Positions 1-12,098 of a stretch of DNA of 63,839 nucleotides are shown in pieces (position 1 is the stretch's first letter; each line of letters opens with the position of its first letter). Both the position numbers and the translations under genes were made by a program. This DNA is from Podarcis melisellensis (taxonomy: Eukaryota): NCBI GenBank assembly GCA_964234715.1, contig OZ174277.1; one strand, given 5' to 3'. The notes below the pieces were generated by a model. The model was given only the letters and a program-made list of their open reading frames with translations, was not told where the DNA came from and did no database searches.

Positions 1-1127
1 AAGGCTGCTTACTGCTCATATGCTAATTAACTGTCTTTTGTCATAAAACAAAAAGGTTGTAGCTAGGGTTGTGAAATAGGTCTTTTTTATTTACATTTCT
101 TTGTGCTTATCAATGTGAGGCATGACAATGCAAAAGAATGGAAAATTTTAATTCCGCTACTTCAGATTAATACTGAGCTGCAAGGTCAGGCTTAATGTGG
201 GACTACAATAACATTCAAACTCTGTTTCATGCAACACTCAGGCTGCATATAATAACAGACACAGGGGAAAATTAAGCACAACGCGAGTCTCATTCCCAAG
301 AGTCATTGAGACTCACCTAATGAATCACAACATTAAACCAATATCATACTCTTTTTCTCCCAAAGTAGAAAGTCTCTAAATGTACTGTGTGGGCTACCCT
401 GCCAGCTCTAAATTGCTCAACGGCTACTATTTTAGCCACTGTTATGGAAGAACAAAAGGCAACACTCTTAGTCCTAAATGCATCTATTTTGGAAGAATAA
501 CCTATTATGTAAATTTCTTATGGAAAAACTGGTCCATGCTTTGATGTTGTGACAATAAGAGGAAGTACCGGTAAATGAAATTTCAAGCTGAAAGCTCCTC
601 CCTAAATTTGAGTCATCATGTGCTGTCATAAGATATCATTTCCCTTGCAACAAAAATCCTGGCCTTGAGGGAAGACATCTGAATTCCCCTTAATAACCAG
701 AGAATAAACTTCCCCAGTAGCAGGGTCCTCAAGCAATTTGGATATCTCCCCCACAGCTGCTTTTAAAGGGAATTTTGAAAGTTAGTGTGGGAAGGACTGA
801 ACAAAAATCAGTCTGTGGTCAAGTCTCTCTTCTTTTAAAATTCAATTTAAAAGAAACTGAACACAATGGGACTGAATTCCAATAAAACATACATAGGATT
901 GTACTGTACATAAGATAGACTTTTGCAGTAACATATCCCTTTTAATAACAACAAAATAAATCATAAAATGTTAAAGTAGTAATCGAAAACAAAACAATTT
1001 CTATAGCATATGCTGGGTTCCACTATGTCTGAACAACAAAATGAGTAGATCCATACAAAACTAAAGACTTTTCATGACAAATATAAAGTTCTTATTCACT
1101 TAAGTATTAGGAATACAGACCTTCACG

Positions 1128-2467
1128 GCAGACTGGAGGAGGGCAAATGTTGTCCCTATTTTCAAAAAGGGGAAAAGAGAGGACCCAAATAATTACTGCC
1201 CAGTCAGTCTGACATCAATACCAGGGAAGATTCTGGAGCAGATCATTAAGCAAACAGTCTGTGAGCACCTAGAAAGGAATGCTGTGATCACCAATAGTCA
1301 GCATGGATTTCTGAAAAATAAGTCATGTCAGACTAACCTGATCTCGTTTTTTGACAGAATTACAAGCCTGGTAGATGAAGAGAACACAGTGGATGTAGCC
1401 TACCTTGATTTCAGCAAGGCATTTGACAAGGTGCCCCATGATATTCTTGTAAAGAAGCTGGTAAAATGTGGTCTTGACTATGCTACCACTCAGTGGATTT
1501 GTAACTGACTGACTGACCGAACCCAAAGGGTGCTCATCAATGGTTCCACTTCATCCTGGAGAAGAGTGACTAGTGGGGTGCCACAGGGTTCTGTCTTGGG
1601 CCCGGTCTTATTCAACATCTTTATCAACAACTTGGATGATGGACTCAAGGGCATCCTGATCAAATTTGCAGATGACACCAAACTGGGAGGGGTGGCTAAC
1701 ACCCCAGAGGACAGGATCACACTTCAAAACGACCTTGACAGATTAGAGAACTGGGCCAAAACAAACAAGATGAATTTTAACAGGGAGAAATGTAAAGTAT
1801 TGCACTTGGGGAAAAATAATGAGAGGCACAATTACAAGATGGGTGACACCTGGCTTGAGAGCAGTACATGTGAAAAGGATCTAGGAGTCTTGGTTGACCA
1901 CAAACTTGACATGAGCAACAGTGTGACGTGGCAGCTAAAAAAGCCAATGCAATTCTGGGCTGCATCAATAGGAGTATAGCATCTAGATCAAGGGAAGTAA
2001 TAGTGCCACTGTATTCTGCTCTGGTCAGACCTCACCTGGAGTACTGTGTCCAGTTCTGGTCACCACAGTTCAAGAAGCGCACTGACAAACTGGAACGTGT
2101 CCAGAGGAGAGCAACCAAAATGGCCAAAGGCCTGGAAACAATGCCTTATGAGGAACGGCTAAGGGAGCTGGGCATGTTTAGCCTGGAGAAGAGGAGGTTA
2201 AGGGGTGATATGATAGCCACGTTCAAATATATAAAAGGATGTCACATAGAGGAGGGAGAAAGGTTGTTTTCTGCTGCTCCAGAGAAGCGGACACGGAGCA
2301 ATGGATCCAAACTACAAGAAAGAAGATTCCACCTAAACATTAGGAAGAACTTCCTGACAGTAAGAGCTGTTCGACAGTGGAATTTGCTGCCAAGGAGTGT
2401 GGTGGAGTCTCCTTCTTTGGAGGTCTTTAAGCAGAGGCTTGACAACCATATGTCAGGAGTGCTCTGA
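1128..2467 (+). pseudogene. Disabled CR1 ORF2 RT fragment
   Basis: ORFs 1284-1508, 1530-1979 and 1928-2467 are consecutive pieces of one RT. TGA at 1506-1508 replaces the expected Trp, and a 1-nt frameshift lies near 1915. Confidence 0.9.
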
Positions 2468-2550
2468 TGGTGTTTCCTGCTTGGCAGGGGGTTGGACTCG
2501 ATGGCCCTTGTGGTCTCTTCCAACTCTATGATTCTATGATTCTATGATTC
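1128..2550 (+). mobile_element. CR1 LINE, 5'-truncated (3' part of ORF2 reverse transcriptase plus 3' UTR)
   Basis: Translates to DWRRANVVPIFKKG...QHGF...YLDFSKAFDKVPH...GVPQGSVLGPVLFNIFIN...KFADDTKL...[11 protein letters not shown]. Ends in the diagnostic CR1 (ATTCTATG)n tail at about 2525-2550. Confidence 0.96.
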
Positions 2551-3063
2551 ACTCCAGGCCTGGCCCACTGATGAGGCTGGGGGGGGCAGCTACATTGCAT
2601 GGCAAAAGCCCAAGAAGAGGCACCGGCTTTGCCTTCACTGCCCACCCACTGTCTCCTCCAGCAGCAGCAGTGGGTTCTGGCAAGATCTCACAGAGTAAAT
2701 GAGAGCTTGTAAGACTTCAGCAAGATTTGCCGGAAAACGCTACTGCTGCCAGCACTTTGTTGGCACCGCCACTGCTGCTGGTGCAGTACAGGTAAGAGAG
2801 GCACAGCGTTGTCAGTGGGGCAGTGAGGGGATCACCCCCCCTTGTTCATGTACACTTTTATCTAAACACAACCTGGCATTATGTCTAAACTCAGAAAAAC
2901 TATGGACAGTGATAGCTATGGTTAATAAAACAAGCCACACGCAAACTGTGGACCATGTTGCTAGTTTGGTTTAGTAGGTAAAAATTAGCCACAATTTAGA
3001 GTTCAGAAGCAATACTAAACTGCAGTTAACTAAACAGAAGCTGAAGCTTTTGATCTTGCACTG

Positions 3064-3242
3064 TGCACTGTGGCTCAGTGGCAGAGCAACTGCTTTGCAT
3101 GCAGAAGGTCTCAGATTCAATCTGTGGTAGGACTTGAAATGTCCCTTCTCTGAAGTCCTGGACTACTTCCAGACAAGGTAGACAATACCTAGATGGACCA
3201 ATAATCTGACTCAGAATAAGGCAGCTTCATATGTTCCTATGT
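3064..3242 (+). mobile_element. tRNA-derived squamate SINE (Squam3-like, TTCCTATG-type tail)
   Basis: A-box-like TGGCTCAGTGGCAGAGC head, then ctgctttgcatgcagaaggtc, and 3' end tctgactcag..aaggcagcttcatatgttcctatg. Confidence 0.75.
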
Positions 3243-3288
3243 ACTGTAATGGAACAGGAGGGAGACAGAGAAGCCGGAGAGATGGGGA

Positions 3289-3524
3289 CACTGGCGGAGG
3301 AAGAGGAGTGCAGGGGGAGCGCACCGCCCCCAGCAGCGCAATTCCGGTGGGGTGCCATCACGGCTGCCCCGTGCCTGCGCTGGGCGCCACACCCCTGCAG
3401 GCACCACCCCCACCCCAGGACACGTGCCAGCCCCGTCCCCACCTGCTCTCCGCCCCCCGGTGCCAGAGCATGAAACTCCACCACTGGGTGGGGGCAGGAG
3501 GAGAAACCCTTGGCTCTACGCCAG
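3289..3524. mobile_element. Putative GC-rich non-autonomous DNA transposon (MITE)
   Basis: Abrupt GC/CpG-rich block bounded by imperfect inverted ends CTGGCGGAG ... CTACGCCAG. No clear TSD. Confidence 0.45.
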
Positions 3525-5732
3525 CCTGACCTATCTCTCCTTCTTCCTGCACTTGTTCTTCATTCTCCAATCCTGAAGCTTCTCCTGTCCCTGACTTTCA
3601 TCTCCTGGCTGTTACATGCTCACCTAGATCACTGGTCCCTTCTTCCAAGTTAGTCCCCAACCCTTCTTCTCCCAGTGCCTACTGAATACTCATCAGTATC
3701 CAGCCACCATTCCTTAGTGACCAGCCAGTCCCTAACATCCTGCAGCAATGTCCATTATTTTGTAAAAAGCTATTTTGGGGGAGATTTTTTAAAGAGCCAG
3801 ACACAGTTTTATTCTTCTTTTCCCATAAAGGATCCCTCTTTTAAAATGAAGTAGCAGCAGATATTTTCTACATGAAAGTTACCCCATGCACCACACAGCA
3901 ACACCCCTTTCCATGAATTGAGATGAAGATACCTACTAGATTTGGGCTACTGATAGTATAGTGCTAGAGAATATTTCCCCCCTTGTCATCTGGAAATACC
4001 TTACATTTTTATTGTGAATTTTGAAACCTAAAACTAACATGAAAACACTAATTTCTTCTGCTGCTGTCATTTACTAGAATCAATATCATCCTTCCTGTCT
4101 TTATTCAGCAGAGAAAACAAAGTTAATCCCAATTTCTAAAGAGCCAGATAATAAAGGAGTCAAGGGATCATTAGTCTAATTAACTCATTCCTGTTTTCAG
4201 TTTACATTTCATTATGCCATTACACTCTCTGAAATGTCAATTTTTATATTCCATGAAAAACTGTTTAACATACGGACATTAAATTAAACAAATCATAGCA
4301 TATATTATATATTACAGATAATCAATGTTACCTCAAATTTGAGAAAATCACATTCAGCTAAATAATAACCTTAAGCAAAGCTGACTTAATACAAAACTTA
4401 CTGTATAAATATTTGTGTTATGATTTTTATGTTATATCTCTTCTTGTAGCTATGATGAGAGATGCTTGTATTCAGTGAGATTATTATTGTCGGCAAAATT
4501 AAGCATGCACTTAAGTATGTTCGTGTCCCTGGGTCTATATATTGCCACCACAACTGGCCTGACATCCTCTATGGAAAGCCTTCAAATATGAAATGTTCCT
4601 CCATATAGATCTAACAATTACAGAAAATGCAGTATTCCCATTGATTTTCAATTTCCAGATAATGCTAAATGTGAGAACAGAGTTCCTCAGAGGCAATACG
4701 CTCGTTATAGCTTTCTAATACTGCCACTTATCAATAGCTTTTTACTTATTTTTGTTTTTATTACAAAATACAACACAAGTTGTATATTGCTTTAGCTGTT
4801 GATTCCTATAGAGAGGGTTTTCCATGGGTTGGTTTTTAAAGAAATGTTTTCAGTATTAGTAATTGCTTACTAGGCAAGTCACAAATAGCTCAGTCTCCAG
4901 AGATATGCAGATTGCTATCAATTGAGTATTCAAAATGTGAATATGCAAAGGAATGTAAGAAGTCAAAAGAAACACGAACATCCATGTACTGTGTAGCTGG
5001 TACAACACATTTCTGGATTAGTTGTGCCAGGCAGGGCCATCTGAATTATTTTTCTCCATAGCAGGAAAGGACATGATGGGAAGCATTCCCTGTGCAAAAG
5101 AATGCATCAGGCCAGAACCATGATGAAAGGAGCATGCATTCTTCTGGGCTTGAGGTAGTGCCCCTTGACTTGTGACACTGGCTGTCACACAGCAAGTAAA
5201 TCACGCTGTTCAAAGTTGGGAGTTAACACTTTTTAAGCAAAAACACAATTTTCACCGTCTTGGCTAATGAGCACAGCAGCTCATCCCTGGCAGGTCTTAC
5301 CCCATGCATCAGTTGCCAAGGCTGAAAGGACCCCCTCCCCTAGCTATCTAAGTTCCTCCTCTCTGGGGTTTCACCTGCATGCAGCCTCTTGCTTCTCTGC
5401 CCATTTGAGCCCTCTTCTGGTTCTGGGAAACAGGCAGGAGAGGAGCTTGTCACGGTACAAGGAGACACCCATGATTCTTCACCAGCCTGACTTATCTCTG
5501 CCTCTTGGCCTCTCTCCTCCCACCTGCATGCTTGGGCTTCTGCCTCTGATTCTGGACTTAATCTCAGCTCACTAAGCCCAGTTACCTCTTCAGTTTCCAC
5601 CACCTCTTCCCAGTCTTCTACCTCTTCTCCCTCTGACCACTTGTCATTGTCCCACTACCATTCCCCAGACTCTGAGCCTTCTTTCCGTGGTGGTTTCCCA
5701 GGTGGTTCCTCCCGCCATTCCTCTGTGTCCAA

Positions 5733-5917
5733 CCTAGAAGCCAACTCCTAAGTGCTGTGGGGGCTTTGGCTCCCACAATAAAATATTTGAGGAGGCTGGG
5801 CCCCCACAAAGTTGATGGACATTGCCATTCAAAGGGTGTGTGTGCACTGTGTCATGTGATCGATGGGGCGGGGCTTACCTGGGCTCCTACAATATTTTAT
5901 TCAAGTTGGCACCTCTG
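5733..5917. mobile_element. Putative hAT-like MITE remnant
   Basis: Inverted ends gccaact ... agttggc(acctctg), with internal inverted AATAAAATATT / AATATTTTATT. Confidence 0.45.
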
Positions 5918-7140
5918 ATGTCGAACCAGTCCATGACACTAGCTACATACATTGCCTGAATGTTAGGAAAATATGTACTGGTATGGGTTCATACTGCATT
6001 CAAGAACGTGTGTTTTTTGTTTTTTTTTAAAAAGTGACTCTTTTCTATCATCCACTGGCAGCTATGCTAGCAATTCAGAAAGCCCTTAAGATGGCCTACA
6101 ACAGAGATGGGGAGTTTGTAATCCAGCAACATCTGGAGGGCCACAATTCTCATTATCCCTGATGATGAGTCATGCTTGCTGGAGCTGATGGGAATCTAGG
6201 CTAGATTGGTACCCACATTCTAATGATGGCTAGGCCAAAAGTTAGTACAGCAAAACAAAGAAAAACTTTAAAGCTGCCCCCAAATTTAAAAAAATGTCTG
6301 TACTTCTATTTCCCTGCCACCCCATTCTCACAAACAGACATGCACCATGCATTCTCTCCCTTTCTCTCCCCCCCACGCATGCGTGCATGCAGTCATCCAC
6401 TCACACATCTGCTCTCACATGCCACGTAGGGGCAAAGTATATTTCTAGGCAAACAAGAAAGAAAAATAACAGAGCATGTCACTGTCAGGAGTTCAGAAAT
6501 GGGGGGCAAGTGAGGGTGAGTTCTGTATCTGGGGAGTGCTTGGCCACCTTGCCCCCCCCCCCCGCCCTTCGGTGCCACCCATGGCAGACATACACACAAC
6601 AAGCACTTCTTTCCACTCCAGGGCTAGATAAATTTCTCTGCCTGCTCTTTAAAGATCTTCTCTATAAAGCACACATTTTCTTTACAGAAGCTTTCCAAAC
6701 AAACTGAGAGATCTTTCTCGGCACAAAGCTCCACATCACCACATTGAAAGATAAAGCCCCTGTTTGCCCCTTAAAAGGCAGCAATTGCACCCATCCCCAT
6801 CCCAGCTCAGGAGTGAGGGGTTGTGGGGAAATACTGCCTTTTACTGTCAAGGAGTAGTCAGGGAGCTTATCTTCAATCTAAAGAAAGAGATAAGAGATCA
6901 CTCTGCTAATTCTCAAAGAGAATTTAACTCCAATCTTAGCGCTGTGGAGTTTAGGTCAGATATAAAAGATCCCTTTAAGTGTCCCATGCCTGGTGTTATA
7001 TTACATAGGATACTTAATGGGATCGCTTTTCACATCACATCAGGTGATTGGCAAGAGGTCGTGGCCGGCTGGCTCTAAATGGCACCACAGGCCAAACAGA
7101 GGGGACTGGTCGGCCCAATTATCCAGAGGTTTCCCGTTGT

Positions 7141-7200
7141 TTACTTTTATTTATATTTATAGACTGCCCTTCATCCAAAGATCACAGGGCAGTTTACAGT
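7141..7200 (-). mobile_element. L2-type LINE 3' tail fragment
   Basis: Reverse complement resembles the L2 3' end at 54478-54533 (ctgccctg..atctttggatgaaggg..tata..aaataaa). Confidence 0.55.
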
Positions 7201-7725
7201 CCCTGCACATCAAAAGCTAGTACATTACAGAAAATGCTAGCCTAGAATTATTCCAATTGGAGGGTTCCCCCCCCCCGACAAAAGAGCTCAAAATTATATG
7301 GGTCACCATCTGAAGTCTGAGGTGAGGTGTGCATTGGACTGGAGCCTTTAGCTTTTTAATACTTTGTATCTTCACCTGCTAATTTAATGGGTTGTAAGAG
7401 GACATGGCAAACAGGCAGTGACAATTGTAGGTGTATCCAACTGACACGGGATCATGAACGTGCAGGTCCTTTTGGACCTGGAAAAGGACAGAACCAGGGC
7501 AGAACAGGGTGAGGTGCACTTATGCATGCTCTGTTGATGCACGTAGGGGCCAGGGATGGGATAATTAAATATACAAATAAGTATATAATGAAAATAAGCA
7601 CTTGTGTTTTAACTATCCTTATGAAGCTACTTTAAAGGACATGTTTTCCTAGCCCAGCTTATCAAATGATGATGTTCTGATCAAAATCAAAACAAATATT
7701 TGTTCTCATCTTGCATCTCTCTACT

Positions 7726-7727
7726 CT

Positions 7728-7810
<83 letters not shown>
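7726..7810 (+). repeat. (TTTC)n microsatellite
   Basis: About 20 perfect TTTC units. Confidence 0.98.
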
Positions 7811-8384
7811 ATTATTTGATGCTATCCCCAAGCCATCTATTGCGAGAAAAAGAACAAAGTGATAAACAACCTTGTTTGCAGAGAACGCCATGAAAAATCC
7901 TTTATTTGGGCTTTTAAGCAAACTTGAAATGTTAAAGCAAAAACAAGTGCTAAACCCAGAGCTATGGTACGGTAAGCCCTGTCTAACAAGGTGTTGAGCA
8001 CCAAAGCCCAAGGGAGTGTTGGTGTTCTCACTGTGAAGATTAGACAAGAGCACTCACGCAGGACACAGAGGGAATATGATGGGACAAGAAGTGAGCAATC
8101 CCAGCAGACACTCTGTTGAAATGTCAGTCAGGCACACTGCCTCCACCACCTTTCACAGAGCCAAACATCTCTTTATGTCAGAACAAATTGGGCGATCCTC
8201 AAATCTTTTTTCTTTTCCCTAACTTCAATGTGATGAGTGCAGGGAATGAGAACAGGAGAGACTGTTGGAGGGAGGGAGGGAGTGTGAAGAGACAGTTCAG
8301 TTCAGTTCACATGAAAGCACTGTGACACACTAAAAGACTGAATACTGATATTGGCAACTCTTACAATCTTATCAGAGTAGTCGT

Positions 8385-8413
8385 AGCAGCAGCAGCAGCA
8401 GCAGCAGCAGCAG
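8385..8413 (+). repeat. (CAG)n microsatellite
   Basis: About 9 AGC/CAG units, not in any supportable exon. Confidence 0.9.
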
Positions 8414-8574
8414 AGGTTTACTGCAACTTCATCAGATTATTTCTTCCTTTTCTAGATGTTCAGGAGACTTCTTCAGAAATACGTTCATCCCACAAAAATG
8501 TCAATGTATATTTTAATTATTTGCGTATTAACTTCTCACACCCCTATCTGCTCCTAAGACTTTTCCGTAGTGAC

Positions 8575-9009
8575 TGTAATGGTTCTAGGGGTTGCTCGTG
8601 AGTAAGCCGGTGCCAACACCTGGCTGGGTTGCCTGAGTGAACCTTTTCTGTCCGGACAGCCACTCACCCATGGCTGTCTCAATCACTGGCAGAATCCATC
8701 AGTGGGCGTTTCTTGAACTTCTTCCAGCAAAGAAGCTCTTTGACGCCTAGTCTCCTCCTACTCTCCTTGCGCGGAAGCCTTCTGCGCAAGGAGGGTGTAG
8801 GCAGCGAAGGACCCTTACTCTCCCCGCTGGTCCCCAGCAAGGAGTCATGGGACCGCCTCGCCGATTCCCCCATCTGCCCCCCTTCTCCACTGGTGCTACG
8901 CTGATTCTCTTCCCCAGTAGATGGGCTGCCTCTCCCCATCCCGGGACGCTCTCTGGAATCCCTCTGAAGCCCGCTCTCTCCCTCCGGCACTGATGGCAGT
9001 TCCCTGACA
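8575..9009 (-). mobile_element. Solo LTR (435 bp), probably Gypsy/chromovirus
   Basis: Minus strand begins TGTCAGG and ends ATTACA. Flanked by a perfect 5-bp TSD GTGAC (8570-8574, 9010-9014). GC-rich against AT-rich flanks. Confidence 0.88.
8679..9008 (-). CDS. LTR-encoded open frame (109 codons, no ATG start), putative integrase C-terminal extension
   Basis: Open from LTR base 2 (GTC AGG GAA CTG = VRELPSVPEGESG...) to the stop at 8681-8679. Ser/Glu/Gly-rich N-part and basic end (PTPSLRRRLPRKESRRRLG...KKFKKRP). Confidence 0.45.
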   Translation of the reverse strand, partial: VRELPSVPEGESGLQRDSRERPGMGRGSPSTGEENQRSTSGEGGQMGESARRSHDSLLGTSGESKGPSLPTPSLRRRLPRKESRRRLGVKELLCWKKFKKRPLMDSASD

Positions 9010-9488
9010 GTGACTTAGAATATAACCTTTGAATTGTAAAGGACCCAGTTTGACTCTCTTCAACTAAGACCCTGTCTCTCATGTCTCCCATTTGTAATAG
9101 GAGAACAATAATATTAAAAGATGTGTTACAAGGATTTCTAATGTAAGGTGAAGTGTCATGAACACTGAAATATTATATAAAAGCTAGGCATTATTATCTA
9201 TCAAAATGTATTGGTTGGATCCAGACTAGAATTGTATTTATAGAATATGTGAGTCTGGAATAGGCAGATCTTGGGTTGCCCAGCTGGCGTAAGTCTTTCA
9301 ACCATGGTGAGTCAAGGCTTTTAAGCTCTCTGCCTTGCTTACCTGGCTGTGTGAGGATCTTGCAAGAGCAAAAAAAACCTGTTCAAAAGAACCTTTTAAG
9401 CTTTCCACTTCTCTGTATTTAATTTGTTCAATTTCAACTGGCTGCCAATCCACAATGAACAGTTGAAATCATGGAAGTTAAATGCACA

Positions 9489-9851
9489 GAAAAAGGTAAC
9501 GGTAAAGGTACCCCTGACCATTAGGTCCAGTCACGAATGACTCTGGGGTTGTGGCGCTCATCTCGCTCTATAGGCCGAAGGAGCCGGCATTTGTCTGCAG
9601 ACAGCTTCCGGGTCATGTGGCCAGCATGATTAAGCCGCTTCTGGCAAACCAGAGCAGCGCACGGAATTGCCGTTTACCTTCCCGCCGGAGTGGTACCTAT
9701 TTATCTACTTGCAGTTTGACACGCTTTCGAACTGCTAGGTTGGCAGGAACAGGGGCCGAGCAACAGGAGCTCACCCAGTCACGGGGATTCGAACCGCCGA
9801 CCCTCTGATTGGCAAGTCCTAGGCTCTGTGGTTTAGACCACAGCACCACCC
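9489..9851 (-). mobile_element. Sauria SINE (Squam1), near full length
   Basis: Minus strand has a tRNA-like head (GGTGGTGCTGTGG...GGTTCGAATCCC) and an (ACCTTT)n-type tail. TSD TAAATGCACA at 9479-9488 and 9852-9861. Confidence 0.93.
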
Positions 9852-11873
9852 TAAATGCACATAAGATATGACTTACCCATAATTCCATTTTGACATTATT
9901 ATGCTACACATATGCATATATAATGGAAGTCTACCAAAGAACTAGGAGAAACCTTCTTTTCCTTAAACCATACAACAGGAAAAAGTTTCTTTTAATCATT
10001 TTTGAATATCAAATACTGTCTCTTCCAATTATTCTGAAACTACACAGAAAGAGTGAGAAAACACTTGTGAACGCCAGGAGAAATAAGGAAAAATGAACAG
10101 CGAGGAAGGAACTCGGATGGAATAGAAGAAAAGGGCAGCTTCAGAAGGCATCACATGAAATGAGGTTGTGGGCTGCATGTGGGCCACAGGTTGTCCATCT
10201 GTGTTGTTGAAAATGATTAATTCCTAATGTTTAATTATAAAACACTTTAAAATGAACCAGGACCAGTAAAAGTTTTTTTTTTAAAAAAATAGCTGATGAT
10301 TTGCATTTTAATGTGCAAGTAGGAAAGTGTAACCTACCTGTATAGCTCATCTAGTCAGTGGCCATCAACACTAACAAAAACAATAACATATAATAAACTC
10401 TGCAACGTTTATGGTATTCCTAAAAGGAAGACAGCCTTTTTAAGCAAACGAAATGCCATTGATTTTTGCAGGTGTTTAACAAAGATAAGCTGAAAGGAGG
10501 ACTTCTATTCTAAATTTGATGGTGGCAAAAATGAATTTGAATATGTTCAAAAACAAGTCTTCTAAAATGTCAGTAAAAGAAAAAATGACAAAGATGTAAA
10601 TAACATTTCTCATATTATTGTGAGATATGGAATAAAAATGTTCAAAATTCAAAGAGTCGTGCTGCAGCAAAACAGCATTTCATTTAAATATCATATTATT
10701 TGGGAACCATCAAAACAGATGTGCTGCTTACTTATTTGTTTGTTATTAAGCAGGAAAGTATTTTAAGCCTCTCCAGGTGTATATGCAATCCAAAATATAG
10801 CCACCTAGAAGGAAAACATAGGATTTTTTGCTCTTTCTTTTTTATTAAGAGCAACACCTCCTTCATGTCAAAAAAGAACTCTAGTGAAAATGAGCCATTG
10901 CCCATTTAATTTCTTAGGATGATTTAACAGATATAGGGGTGTTCTGCCGTCTGGGGAAGAATTGGTGGAAGTTTGGGGGAAGGAGAGTAAGTCTTCGTGA
11001 TGATGGAACTACTTCCCATATGTCTGTACTTCAAGACCATGAACGGCAGACAAAACTGTTGGCTAAGGGGAGTTCAGAACCCACCATAACTCCTTTACAG
11101 TGAAAGAAAGAAATAGGTGGCAAAAAAGGCTACAATTGAGGAAAATTCCCTCATAGGATTGGATTAAGGAAATGAAGAGACAGCCCAATCTACTGTTACT
11201 TTTCAGTTGACTTATAGTTCCAAATCCCAGCCTGGTTTGAAGTAATATAAACATTTATTATTATTTTTACTGCTATTTTGTGCAAATATGATATATCATA
11301 AAACTTGTATTTTTTTAAGAAATAATGTTTTTAAAGATGCATGTGCACAGGTAAACAAATAACTGTATGCATGTCCACAATGAACCTGATTTCCAGGCTA
11401 GACATGACGCACACATTGTTGTTGATTGCTCTTTTGTGCAAATATGGTTTAAGGAAAAACTTGTATTAGATTAAAAAAAAAACCAAGTCTATGTGTACAG
11501 GTAAACAAGTACCCATGCACATGCCCACAACTGATCTCAGGTTGACAAGTACTAATTTAGGAATGGGATAAATACATTCCATCAAGCACTTGCTAGTATG
11601 GATGGGAAACATTTAGATTTTGGAAATGTAAAACTGAAAGTGCTCATGAGTTGGGCTGGGCGGTATCTGGTTTTCAACATTGTGATATATCACTAGCTAA
11701 ATATCATGATACATATCTGCAGTGGCAGAGAGCTTTGGCGTGCCTCCACATGGAGGAGGAGGGTGTGCCACACTTCCCCACAGCAGCCAAGGGCCTTGAC
11801 CAGACTCCCTGCAGCAGTGGAGGGCCTTAAAATGTAAGGAAGCAGTAGAGTTAATAAAAATAACTTCCATGTA

Positions 11874-12098
11874 CAGTGGTACCTCGGGTTACATACGCTT
11901 CAGGTTACAGACTCCGCTAACCCTAAAATAGTGCTTCAGGTTAAGAACTTTGCTTCAGGATGAGAACAGAAATCGTGCTCTGGCGGCGCGGCGGCAGCTG
12001 GAGGCCCATTAGCTAAAGTGGTGCTTCAAGTTAAGAACAGTTTCAGGTTACGAACGGACCTCCAGAACGAATTAAGTACTTAACCCGAGGTACCACTG
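11874..12098. mobile_element. Tc1/mariner-superfamily (pogo/Tigger-like) MITE, copy 1
   Basis: TIRs CAGTGGTACCTCGGGTTA / TAACCCGAGGTACCACTG with TA on both sides. Same family at 31938, 38637 and 47984. Confidence 0.93.

Noticed and set aside
3227-3576. Cluster of overlapping ORFs / CpG-island promoter
   Set aside because: Coincides with a short GC-rich MITE-like insertion.
6845-7139. Possible LTR (TG start, TATAAAA, TTTAC on both sides) or 104-aa ORF at 6764-7078
   Set aside because: No CA terminus or terminal inverted repeat, the flanking match is low-complexity, and the peptide is unrecognisable.
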